DNA of 60,959 bases, the filler included, from Chiloscyllium plagiosum (Eukaryota): NCBI RefSeq assembly GCF_004010195.1. It is 5 parts of 2 records of this genome, joined end to end, with 100 filler letters (N's around TTAATTAATTAA, not from the genome) between each part and the next. Parts side by side here need not be neighbours in the genome. Positions count along the whole stretch, not along the records: positions 46,324 to 54,949 come from NC_057716.1; positions 55,050 to 60,959 come from NC_057716.1; 3 more parts are not named here. One strand, 5' to 3'. The translations under genes were made by a program, and so were the position numbers. The notes beneath the pieces are model-generated. The model did no database searches and was not told the DNA's origin. It worked only from the letters and a program-made list of their open reading frames with translations. Below, piece by piece: positions 50,538-60,959 of the stretch; within the stretch, counting starts at the first letter, position 1, and each line of letters opens with the position of its first letter.

Positions 50538-52918
50538 ATGCAAGAAGTAGGAACAAGAGAGTACAACGTAGTAAAACAGAGACTGGCGGAAGCTGTAGAA
50601 GAAAGCATCAGAAAAGTAGAAAAATTAACACTAGAAGAGTGTGAAGAATATGGAGGGTGTTCTTCCGATTTAATGTTGCCCATAAAACAGCAGTGGGGTA
50701 AAGCCAGAAGTCAGTTAGTCAATGGGCTTGCAAAGAACAAACAAAAAACAATGATGGAGAAATATGATAAGATTTGGGACGAATTACAACAACAGGGCAA
50801 AGTCCCTAAAGATGAGGAGAGGAAGAAATTGTCACTGTTTTTAGGAAAAGCAGAAGAGCAAGCTAAATTAGAAGTAGAAGGACACATGAAGGGAAAGAAA
50901 GAGTCAATATTAGTTAGAAGAAAGTGGCGGCACGGTGGCACAGTGGTTAGCACTGCTGCCTCACAGCGCCAGAGACCCGGGTTCAGTTCCCGCCTCAGGC
51001 GACTGACTGTGTGGAGTTTGCACGTTCTCCCCGTGTCTGCGTGGGTTTCCTCCAGGTGCTCTGGTTTCCTCCCACAGTCCAAAGATGTGCAGGTCAGGTG
51101 AATTGGCCATGCTAAATTGCCCGTAGTATTAGGTAAGGGGTACATGTAGGGGTTGCGCTTCGGCGGGGCGGTGTGGACTGGTTGGGCCGAAGGGCCTGTT
51201 TCTACACTGTAAGTAATCTAATCTAATCTAAAAGAAGGCGGGGAGAAAGAAGAGAGGAGGATTTATTTGCATAACATGACATTGGCCTGTATGGTGGTAG
51301 AAACATTACAAAAGAGAGTAGGTGGTACCTCTACAATAGAACTGACAAAGGAGACAGAAAATGCAGGACCATTATATCCTAAATCCTGGGGTACAATCAC
51401 CGCCCCCATATCCTGCAATACAAATGCCACTTATGTACGTTCAAGAAGGGGTGTTAGATGTGCAAGAAATAGGAACAAGAGAGTACAACGTAGTAAAACA
51501 GAGACTGGCGGAAGCTGTAGAAGAAAACATCAGAAAAGTAGAAAAATTAACACTAGAAGTTGAACAGAGGGTTAAGGAAGTGGAGGAAGCAAACAGGGTA
51601 ATAATGACGCACAGCAGAAACAAAGAACAGCCAAAACAGGGGAGATGCTTAGCAGTGCAGGAGCCAGATGCTCACTCGACACCGTGTAGTGCTGAGAATG
51701 AAAAGAGGGGAAGATTACATGATTCAGGTCAGTTATTGGATGATGAGTTCTCAGACAGAAGGAGAGATTTGAGGGAAGAACGAGATAGAGAGAAATTGGA
51801 TGGGGAGGAGTCTAAAAGTAGTACAGACATTGAGGACGAAGAATCCCTGACAGAGGATGACCCACACACCTACCCCGTCACTTTGAAAGGCTCACTGACA
51901 ATGCACACCGAACACGGCCCTCCACTGAAGCCCCTCCCTGAACCAAGTTACAACCTGCGTCAAAGAGACACATTACGACAACCTATAAAGTATCAGCACC
52001 ACCAAATGCCATTAATTTACAGAGGCTCTTATCTGGGGGATGTTTATCAGCCCTTCACATATACTGATACGAACTGCATCCTGGATAAAATGCCCCCATC
52101 CATGGAGGGAGGTGTGCCCTGGATGACTAAATTTTGCCAATATACACTAGGTCACAAGTTAGCTATGGGCGATTGGAGAGCATTGTTGGGTAAGCAATTG
52201 AGTATGTGGGAAATACAGCAGATTGAAGCGTCTGCAGGGACCACCTTATTACCTGACTCAGACCCGTTTGCGCAGCATGCCACCTGTGTGGGNNNNNNNN
52301 NNNNNNNNNNNNNNNNNNNNNNNNNNNNNNNNNNNNNNNNNNNNNNNNNNNNNTTGTTCTACAGAACAGTGGGAAAAACATTTGACGCACCACATGAAGC
52401 GCCATAGGACAAAACAGGATGAAGATAAACAGAGCAACGAGTCAGCTCAAGTGCAGTTGCTGAAGTTACAGCTCGATGAGGCTAGAAGGAAGGATAATGA
52501 TACAAAGAAGGCCTCCCAAAAGACGACTAATCAGATGGTTCAACGGCCGTTGCCACAAAACAACCCGCCGAGTTTAGACCCAACACCTGATTGGATGCCA
52601 CCCTACCCCCATTATGGGGGCAGGCCTATAGGTGTTCCCGGAGGAATGCGTGGTAGAGGAAGGGGCCGCGGAGGACTCCGAGGTCAGCCACTCAACACCT
52701 GTTTTGAATATGGCCAACCCGGGCATTGGAGAAGGGATTGTCCCATGTTCTGGGAAACCCAGGGAGGCCAGGGATTGATCCAAGGACGGTATCTCCGTGC
52801 AAGTCAGCCTCCTTTTCAACAGGCTGTTCAGCCTTATCAAGTCCCAAATGCAGCTGCAGCCCCGGTGCAAGGACAGTACCCCCAAACTATGCCGGAAGGG
52901 CAGGGGTACGAATATTGA
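50538..52918 (+). pseudogene. gag: ERV gag (SINE insertion, frameshifts, N gap)
   Basis: PPPY at 51400-51411; capsid-like YQPFTYTD...KMPPSMEGGVPW; RG-rich tract; zinc knuckle CFEYGQPGHWRRDC (52700-52741, second Cys is Tyr). Confidence 0.85.
50925..51230 (+). mobile_element. HE1-like tRNA-derived SINE inserted in gag
   Basis: A box TGGCACAGTGG, B-box-like GGTTCAGTTCC, (TAATC)n tail; CpGs largely retained. Confidence 0.9.
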
Positions 52919-53320
52919 TGGGGCCCGAGAACCCAGGGGCATGTGGGGTTGGCAGACCCCTATATGCAAATGAGGGTCATGGACAAGAATCTGTCTTTTT
53001 TGGTTGACACGGGTGCAAGATTTTCTACCATCACTTGTGATGTACCGCGGTCAAACATGTCATCCTCCAGCGTCCAGTTAGTAGGGTTCTCGGGTAAAAC
53101 CAGAAAATCTGCCTTTGACATCGCCACTGATCACATCGGTGGCCGGACAGACCTTTCGTCACCAGTATATTTCATCACCTGCATGCCCTGTGAATCTGAT
53201 GGGACCTGATTTGTTGGTGAGATGCGGGGTCTCGGTTCTGTGCGGACCAGACGGACTGCTAGTGACTTCCAAATGGCCATTCCGTCAACTGTTCTATGAC
53301 AATGATTCACTCTTGATCCC
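52919..53320 (+). pseudogene. pro: ERV aspartic protease (frameshifted)
   Basis: LSFLVDTGARFSTI (DTGA 53006-53017), VQLVGFSG flap, CPVNLMGPDLL. Confidence 0.9.
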
Positions 53321-53322
53321 AA

Positions 53323-53765
53323 ATGATGCTATCACCGGACACATCACCAATGGCAGAAGAGCATTGGGCAGATATATACTGGGGACTCCTCGAACCTGAA
53401 AATGGGCAGAACAACGGCATACAGTCTTTATACAACCAATGGCGACCCTGGGTTCAGATGCTGCATCCCTATGCTCCTCCTGCAGATCCCCTTCATGTTA
53501 CCTTATCTTATGATAGAGATGATAATAAAATTTATCAGCATGCATTCTATCAGCACCTAGAAGGGACTCAATGGGATATTTCCTCCAGTTGTATTCTGCT
53601 AGAGAAAGAAGGTCTGGTGGGTGTTGTTGTTGAACTAACTGCAGAACAGTTGGAATGGTATGAGATGTCTGAAGAACCAAACCTTATGTCACATTGGCCG
53701 TGCATGCTGAACATCAGGCCAAGGATCTGGGACCTATGTCCAAACGCTTGATGGCGCTAACGGAC
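53323..53765 (+). pseudogene. Candidate 2H phosphoesterase domain between protease and RT
   Basis: DPLHVTL (His 53494-53496) and, after a frameshift into the RT frame, KPYVTLAVHAEHQAKDLGPM (TAT 53685-53687, one transition from CAT His). Confidence 0.65.
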
Positions 53766-53768
53766 TGA

Positions 53769-54190
53769 GTGTGGACTCAGTTACCCGGTTTACAATATTC
53801 ACCATCAGAGGAAGCCTATAGAATTATGTACAGGACAACTGACAAGGTACTGCTGGAACATAGGCAGATTGAGAGGTTTCATGGTAGGGAAAAAACAGAC
53901 CATCCACAGGCTGCACTGATGCTTGACTCTCTACCAGATACCTTGTGGTCAGCAAGTTCAACGGACGTTGGTTACTGCAAACACATCACACCAATCACAT
54001 TTGATTTAATAGAACACACTCCGATTTGGCAGAGACAATACTCACACAAACCAGAGGCTGAAGCCGGCATTGCCGACACAATTGAAGGATTGTTAGCAGT
54101 AGGGGTGCTAGAACCCTCCCAGTCAGCCTGGAACACTCCTATCTTACCTGTAGAGAAGCAGAATACAGGTAAATATAGGATGGCGCAGGA
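53769..54190 (+). pseudogene. pol: ERV pol, RT N-terminus only
   Basis: LWSASSTDVG...PIWQRQY...GIADTIEGLLAVGVLEPSQSAWNTPILPVEKQNTGKYRMAQ; ends before YxDD. Confidence 0.9.
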
Positions 54191-54676
54191 AAAATACGAA
54201 AAGTGTGTGCACAAACAAAGTTAAGCTGGGTGGATGCCCTACTTTTAGCTTTAATGTCCATTAGAAGCTCAGTAAACTCTAACACAGGGTTCACCCCGTA
54301 TGAGCTAACAACAGGGCAGCAGCTCCCAGGACCAGGAGCTGGAATACAGATGTTAGAGGGAGGAGGAGCCTCTCTAAGGTACAAACCTTACTATGACCAA
54401 CTAACAGCTTTGGTGTCAGCTTTCTCCAAACAGGTTGGATCGGAAAAGGGGGATCTACAGACCCAGGCGCCATCTACCACAGACTGGGTCCTGTTGAAGG
54501 TGATCAAACGGAAGTGGTCGGAGCCGAGGTGGACAGGACCTTATAAGGTGATGGAGAGGACATCTCATACGGTCAGACTACAGGGGAAAGGAGAAAGCTG
54601 GTACCATTGGAGCCAGTGTGCAGCCACGGAACCGCCAACAAGAACTCTAGTACAAATAAGAACAGAAAAAGAGTAG
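54191..54676 (+). pseudogene. pol: ERV pol, integrase C-terminus (GPY/F)
   Basis: KLSWVDALLLALMSIRSSVNSNTGFTPYELTTG...DWVLLKVIKRKWSEPRWTGPYKV...WYHWSQC. Confidence 0.9.
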
Positions 54677-54776
54677 AAGGGTCCTAAACTTTTAACTTTT
54701 GCAGGAAGACAGTTCTGGAAAAAGGGGGGGAGAGGTTCTCAAGATCTTCAAGTAAAGTTGTGTAAAGGATATAATG

Positions 54777-54878
54777 TCTATCTCTGTAAGCAGCCCACGT
54801 TACCCTAGGCTGTCGAGCTTGGGAGTATTCTATCTCTGGCAGCCCACGTTACCCTAGGCTGTCGAGCTTGGGAGTATT
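54777..54878 (+). repeat. About 50-bp tandem duplication downstream of pol
   Basis: CTATCTCTG..GCAGCCCACGTTACCCTAGGCTGTCGAGCTTGGGAGTATT twice. Confidence 0.9.
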
Positions 54879-54949
54879 TGTTATTATTTTATGTATAAGT
54901 GTTATGCTGCTGTTAATAGGAGTATTAACCACGAGGGACAAACACACAG

Positions 54950-55049
54950 NNNNNNNNNNNNNNNNNNNNNNNNNNNNNNNNNNNNNNNNNNNNTTAATTA
55001 ATTAANNNNNNNNNNNNNNNNNNNNNNNNNNNNNNNNNNNNNNNNNNNN
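54950..55049. other. Artificial 100-nt contig linker
   Basis: N44-TTAATTAATTAA-N44. Confidence 0.9.
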
Positions 55050-55790
55050 GGGCGTGGGTGGTGTCTCGGACGTATGTGGGGAGTTCCTGGACTAGGGGGG
55101 ATAGGACAGCGTCGAGGTAGGTAGAGATAAGTTCAGTGGGCCAGGAGCGTGCTGAGACAATGGGTCGGCCAGGGTGGTCGGGCTTGTGGATCTTGGGAAG
55201 GAGGTAGAACCGGGCAGTGTGGGTTTCCCGGACTATGAGGTTGGAAGCTGTGGGTGGGAGATCTCCTGAGGTGATGAGGTTCTGTATGGTCTGGGAGATG
55301 ATGGTTTGGTGATGGGGGGTGGGGTCATGGTCAAGGGGGCGGTAGGAAGAGGTGTCCTCGAGTTGGCGTTTGGCTTCAGCGGTATAGAGGTCAATGTGCC
55401 AGATTACCAATCTGCTGGCTTGATGGTGAAGTCGGGATTGGAGCAGAGGGATTGGAGGGCTGCACGTTGTGGGGGTGCGAGGTTGGAGTAGGAGAGGTGT
55501 CCTCGAGTTGGCGTTTGGCTTCAGCGGTATAGAGGTCAATGTGCCAGATTACCAATCTGCTGGCTTGATGGTGAAGTCGGGATTGGAGCAGAGAGATTGG
55601 AGGGCTGCACGTTGTGAGGGTGCGAGGTTGGAGTAGGGGGAGAGGCGTAGACAGGTTTAGGCGGTTAATGTCCAGCGGCAGTTGGAAATGAAGAGGTTGA
55701 GGGAGGTAATAGTCCAGCGCGGGGTGTCCAGGTGGATGCAGTGTGTTGGAGGTGGGCGAAGGGGTCCTCGGAAGGTGGGCGGGAGTCCTG
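55050..55790 (-). mobile_element. PLE family B RT N-terminal fragment with internal duplication
   Basis: ARFYLLPKIHKPDHPGRPIVS...ISTYLDAVLSPLVQELPTYVRDTTHA; about 55348-55490 repeated at about 55494-55635. Confidence 0.88.
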
Positions 55791-56396
55791 ATTGTGAAAG
55801 TAAGCTCGGAGGCAGAGGTGGCGAAAGAAGTGTTCGACATCACGGCGTGTATTAAATTCATTGATGCGTGGACGGAAGTATACAAGTATTCTCTACCAAT
55901 GTTGTTTAAAGGAATGATCAACTACTTGTATGTCATTAGTGGCTTTTGACGAGGTTGTAGAAGTGTTTGCTTTCTAGACTTCACTAAAGATGTTAAGTTC
56001 TAGAGAGAATGATGGCGCATGCTAAAGGACCATGTCCTAACTTCAAGGATTCTGCTGCAACCACTTGCTTCATTGATGTAATAGTTCACACAGTTTTTGA
56101 ACAGCATGAGAAACTATAAAAGAGAGGAATTGGAAAAGGGTTCTGAGCAGAACAAAATGGTTCAAATTAACAGACATGAACAGGCTCTTCTCTGTCAGCT
56201 GCAGAACTGGCAAAAGCCTCAGCACTAGAGTATTATCTTAAGGAAGAGCCAACATATTCTGTGACTCGGTCACTTGGCTAGACAGCAGTGCACCGTCCCA
56301 GTAGGGTGGCAATCCTACATACCAAGAACTGCTGGCTAATGAGGCAGGCTATTCTCTTGAACGGGATGTCAGATCCACGGGAAAGGTGATGGTGAC

Positions 56397-56985
56397 TTGG
56401 AGTATTGTGTTCAGTTTTGGTCACCTTGTTATAAGAAGGATGTTATTAAACTAGAAACAGTACAGAAGAAAGTTACAAGGATGTTGCCTGGACTCGATGA
56501 TCTGAGTAATAGGGACAGATTGGACAAGCTCGGACTTTTTTCTTCAAAGCGTAGAAGACTGAGGTGTGGTTGGGTGGAGGGGGGGATGAGGTTCTTATAG
56601 AGGTGTATAAGATCGTGAGACACATGGATTGAATGAATGCATTCAGTCTTTTCCCCAGTGCTAGGGAACTGAGGACTTGAGGGCATCAGTTTAATTTTAG
56701 AGGGGAAAGAATAAAAAGGAACTGGGAGGGAGGCGGAGCAACCTTTTTACACAGATGGGGTACGCATTTGGAATGAACTGCCAGCGGAAGTAGTTGAGGA
56801 AGGCACATTAACAGCATTTAAAAGGCATGTGGACAAATACATAGATAGGAAAGAATGAGAAGGATATGGACCAAGTGCAGGGAAATGGGGTTAGTGTGGA
56901 TGGACATTTTGGTCAGCATGGACCAGTTTGGGCTGAAGGGCCTGACTCCGTACTGTAGGACTCTATGACCCTATGACTCTATGAC
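56397..56985 (+). mobile_element. CR1 LINE 3' end
   Basis: EYCVQFWSPCYKKDVIKLETVQKKVTRMLPGL; (TATGACTC)n tail. Confidence 0.88.
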
Positions 56986-57181
56986 TGCAGGTAGTACACC
57001 CACTCGAGGCCAAATATTCTTGCTGAATCCCAAAGCCATTGGTGGGCGATGGTGGTAGGGGGTTCAGGGAGTGGTCAGGGGAAGAAATATGCAGGGGGCA
57101 GGCAGCAAAGACAGGGCTGTACCTGTCAGCAAAGAAAGCTCAAGATATCAACCATTAGGCATTACGACAAGGTTGGGTCTG

Positions 57182-58580
57182 TGTCGAGAGTGTGTTGCTG
57201 AAAAAGCACAGCAGGTCAGGCAGCATCTGAGGAGCAGGAGAATTGATGTTTCGGGCTGGAGCCCTTCATCAGGAATGAGGCTGGGGGCCTCAGGGGTGGA
57301 GACATACATGGGAGGGGGTGGGGCTGGGGAGAAGGTAGCTGAGAGTGCAATAGGTGGATGGAGGTGGGTGTAAAAGTGATAGGTCGGAGAGGAGGGTGGA
57401 GCAGATAGGTGGGAAGGAAGACTGACAAGTGGGATAGGTCATGAGGACAGTGCTGAGCTGGAAGTTTGGAACTGGGGTAAGGTGAGGAGAGGAGAAATGA
57501 GGAAACTGGTGAAGTTCCTATTGATGCCATGGGGTTGAAGGGTCCCCAGGTGGAAGATAAGGTGTTCTTCCTCCAGGAGTCGGGTGGTGAGGGAGTGGCG
57601 ATGGAGGAAGCTCAGGACCTGCATGTCCTTGTTGCGGTTGGAAGGGTGGGATATGAGGGTGGAGGTATGGTTCGTGAATGTGATGCATTGGAGGGCATCT
57701 TCAACCATGTGGGAGGGGAAATTTCGGTCTTTAAAGAAGACCTTCTGGAGTGTTCTGTGGTGGAACTGGTCCTCCTGGGAGCGGATACGGCGAAGGCGGA
57801 GGAATTGGGAATACGTGATTGTATTTTTGCAGGAGGTAGGGTGGGAAGAGGTGTAATCCAGGTAGCTGTGGGAGTCAGTGGGTTTGTAAAAAATGTCAGT
57901 GTTGAGTCGGTCCTCGTGGATGGAGATGAAGAGGTCTTGGAAGAGAAGGGAGGTGTCAGAGATGGTCCAGGTGAATTTGAGGTCGGGACGGAATGTGTTT
58001 GTGAAATTGATGAGCTGTTCAACCTCCTCACGGGAGCATGAGATGGCGCCGATGCAGTCATCTATATAGCAGAGGAAGAAGTGGGGAGTGGTGCCAGTAT
58101 AACTCCAGAAGATGGACTGCTCTATGTAACTGACAAAGAGACAGGTATAGCTGGGGCCCATGCAGGTGCTCATGGCTACCTCTTTCGTCTGGAGGAAGTG
58201 TGAGGATTGGAAGAAGAAATTGTTGAAGGTGAGGACCAATTCAGCCAAACAAATAGGAGTGTCGGTGGAAGGGTACTGGCAGGGACGTCTGGAGAGGAAA
58301 AAAACGGAGGGCTTGGAGGACTGGATGTCCATGGTGAAGATGAGGCATTGGGGACCGGGGAAACGGAAGTCTTGGAGGAGGTGGAGGGCGTGGGTGGTGT
58401 CCTGAACATATGTGCGGAGTTCCTGGACTGGAGGGAGAGGACAGCATCAAGGCCGGGCAGGAGCAGGCTGAGACAATAGGTCGGTCTGGGTAGCCAGGCT
58501 TGTGGATCTTGGGTAGGAAGTAGAATCGGACAGTGCGGAGTTGATCTTGGGTAGGAAGCAGAATCGGGTGGTGCAGGGTT
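57182..58580 (-). mobile_element. PLE family B: RT core, internal deletion, 3' terminal repeat with hammerhead (57245-57272)
   Basis: ORF 57439..58332: HFLQTKEVAMSTCMGPSY...YIDDCIG...FYKPTDSHSYLDYTSSHP...YSQFLRLRRI...LEEEHLIFHLGTLQPHGIN; then CTGATGA-A-GGGC-TCCA-GCCC-GAAA-CATC. Confidence 0.9.
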
Positions 58581-59033
58581 TCATGAATTAAGCTACTACT
58601 TCTATGATGAAGAGAAAGAGCTCCAAATCTGCACAGAGCTTTGTGTCATGTTGGTGTCGGATTTCTCTATGCTCCTTGCAAGAGAGACAGAGAGAGAGAG
58701 AGAGATATGCATCAAAGACTTTGTTTCATGCCTGCAATTCCTGTGCTGTCTACAATGGAAACAGTTTTCACCCTCATTTTGGACACTGATCAATTCTTCT
58801 GTTTCAAAATAAAGAAAATCTGATCTAATCAATGCTAATTCTGACTGTCTAATATTGGCCTAAAACCTGAAAAGTCTATTATTTAGATTTTCATGACATT
58901 CCGTTGCAAAATGTTAACCAATAGAGGCAATGTGATATAAACCTTGCAGTTTCAAGTTTAGGGCTATGAATTTCTCTTCTTGAGATGAAGGTTGACTAAG
59001 CAACTCATCTCTATAGTTAAATTTCAGACTTAC

Positions 59034-59702
59034 CAACTCTTGCAGCAATGATGCCAGCAAACAGCAAACCCACTGAGATGTAAGATTCTGGTTGATATTG
59101 GCCACTGCCTGGGGATTCAGTTGTTGTGTTGGTAAAGCCGACTGTAGTGACTGGCGGAGGTTCTGCAGTTGTCATAACAGGTTCCATCAAGGTGTTCATG
59201 GCCATATATCTGCTGGCAAAGCCTTCAAAAGGTGACACAGATAAATCTAAAGGGCTCCCAGGCACGAAGACAGAAACTATACACAAAATCAGGCATGAAA
59301 ATTGAGCCACACCAGAGATGAAGCCTGTACGGATCAGGCCACATTTTCGGCGAATCCATGTAAACGCTATGGTTCCCAGAATTCCAGCAATAGCTGAAGT
59401 TCCCATCAGCAGACTAAGAAAAGATCCACTCAAACCTTGTGTGTAGGCATATCCAGTTGTGATGCAGTCAAAACCAAGCACTGTCATATAAAGGAACGCA
59501 AGGCCCATGCCAGCCCAGAAAACATTTTGGTTGTAATAGGCTACCCACCCATCCCTTAATGTGAGGAAAGGTCCAAAAACTTTATCACTACAATGACGCT
59601 CTTCTTCTTGTTCTATTGTCTTCACTTTCATCAGTTGAACACCTTCAGCTGGGCAGGCTGATTCTGATTTCCCATCTGTGTTTGTTTGGCCATATTCAAT
59701 AT
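59034..59702 (-). CDS. SLC40A1: Ferroportin, large internal coding exon (669 bp, phase 1-1)
   Basis: TTTGCAG acceptor, GTAAGT donor, open frame with [45 protein letters not shown]...[12 protein letters not shown]...[19 protein letters not shown]. Confidence 0.96.
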
Positions 59703-60039
59703 CTGCAAATGCACAGTATCTTCAGTTAGTAACTAGTGGCAAACTCCGAGCCCTCCAGATCAAAGTTGTGATAAAAGTTTTCAGAACACACAGCAGTTCA
59801 CAGGTTTAAATTTCCTGAATTTAATCAGCTTATCAGACGACAAGTAATTCTTAATTAGCACAGATAATATGATCATTCCACTCCACTCAAATTGAAACTA
59901 AAATTTCAAAAGTGCACTTAACAATTAGAATAGTGTCTGTTCATCCTTACTCTGTTTATATTTTAGCTGTTTGCAACCTAACGTTGGCAAATAGAAACAT
60001 CTACTTCATTTTAAATAATGTAATGTTATTTTGCTTTAG

Positions 60040-60382
60040 AATCCATACAGTGTGGAAACAGGCCCTTTGGCCCAACAAGTTCACACTGACCCTCCAAAGA
60101 ATATCCCACCCAAACCCATTTCCCTTCCCTATTACTCTTCATTTACCCCTCTCTAATACACCTAACCTATACATCCATGAACACTATGGACAACTTAACA
60201 CAGCAAATTCACCTAACCTGCACATCTTTGAATTGTGTGAGGAAACCGGAGCACCCAGAGGAAACCTACACAGACATGGGGAGAATGTGTAAACTCCACA
60301 CAGAGACTCACCTAAGGCCGGAATTGAACCCAGGTCCCTGCTGCTGTGAGACAACAGTGCTAAGCACTGAGCCACCATACCA
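60040..60382 (-). mobile_element. HE1-like SINE in SLC40A1 intron
   Basis: Reverse-complement match to 50925-51230. Confidence 0.85.
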
Positions 60383-60689
60383 CCCTCATAAAAATGTACA
60401 TTCGGCAATGAGAATGCTGAATGAGTGTTCAACCAGTGATGCCTGCAAATTTTCAGCATCTACAACACTTATGCATATTTACTGGCTATACAGTACAACT
60501 TATAGGGTGAATGGGACTATAACATAATATAATGTCAGCTCACTGGAAATCTTCAAAATATCTAAACTTTAAAGCTAATGGTTAACTTAACACAATTTTT
60601 TGTTGTGTAATGGTCAACTTAACAAAATGTTTTGTTATGGATTAATCATAATTTATGTGGCAGACGTGGTTAATGAAATAGTTACACAT

Positions 60690-60959
60690 ATTAGACAATA
60701 GACAATAGGTGCAGGAGTAGGCCATTCTGCCCTTCGAGCCTGCACCACCATTCAATATGATCATGGCTGATCATCCTTAATCAGTATCCTGATCCTGCCT
60801 TATCTCCATAACCCTTGATTCCACTATCCTTGAGAGCTCTATCCAACTCTTTCTTAAATGAATCCAGAGACTGGGCCTCCACTGCCCTCTGGGGCCGAGC
60901 ATTCCACACAGCCACCACTCTCTGGGTGAAGAAGTTTCTCCTCATCTCTGTCCTAAATG
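60690..60959 (-). mobile_element. CR1 LINE 3' end, same subfamily as 21449-22267
   Basis: (AGACAAT)n tail and near-identical reverse complement of about 22005-22267. Confidence 0.9.

Noticed and set aside
50925..51000. tRNA gene
   Set aside because: The A/B boxes are the head of a multi-copy SINE.
55790..55950. ORF-like sequence next to the PLE fragment
   Set aside because: No motif recognised; the adjacent PLE sequence is indel-rich and may be low quality.
57529..58479. Plus-strand ORFs of 80-170 aa
   Set aside because: Antisense shadows of the PLE RT.
49870..59702. CLEAR-like array co-regulating the V-ATPase or ferroportin genes
   Set aside because: The elements lie on different linker-separated segments; no evidence of physical linkage.

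Overview
Repeat-dense vertebrate genomic DNA, very probably from a shark (inferred from HE1-type SINEs, CR1 LINEs with esterase ORF1, Penelope-like elements and gene divergence). Four identical 100-nt spacers (N44-TTAATTAATTAA-N44 at 13619, 21349, 46224, 54950) suggest five joined contigs, so linkage across them is unproven. Host genes: two exons of a V-ATPase a2-type subunit (ATP6V0A2-like, +, 15909-16119 and 18415-18534) and the large internal exon of ferroportin (SLC40A1, -, 59034-59702). Notable: (1) a defective endogenous retrovirus (about 49770-54949) with a 43-bp GTCACGTGAC array in its LTR, a tRNA-Trp-like PBS, an in-frame TGA between gag and protease, a candidate 2H (HxT...HxT) phosphoesterase domain between protease and RT, and a large RT-to-integrase deletion; (2) several Penelope-like terminal-repeat families carrying minimal hammerhead ribozyme cores, often as fold-back insertions with 13-16 bp target-site duplications. 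The rest is CR1/other LINEs, SINEs, solo LTRs and Harbinger-like remnants. All family names come from motif recognition by eye; no database search was run, and repeat boundaries are approximate.
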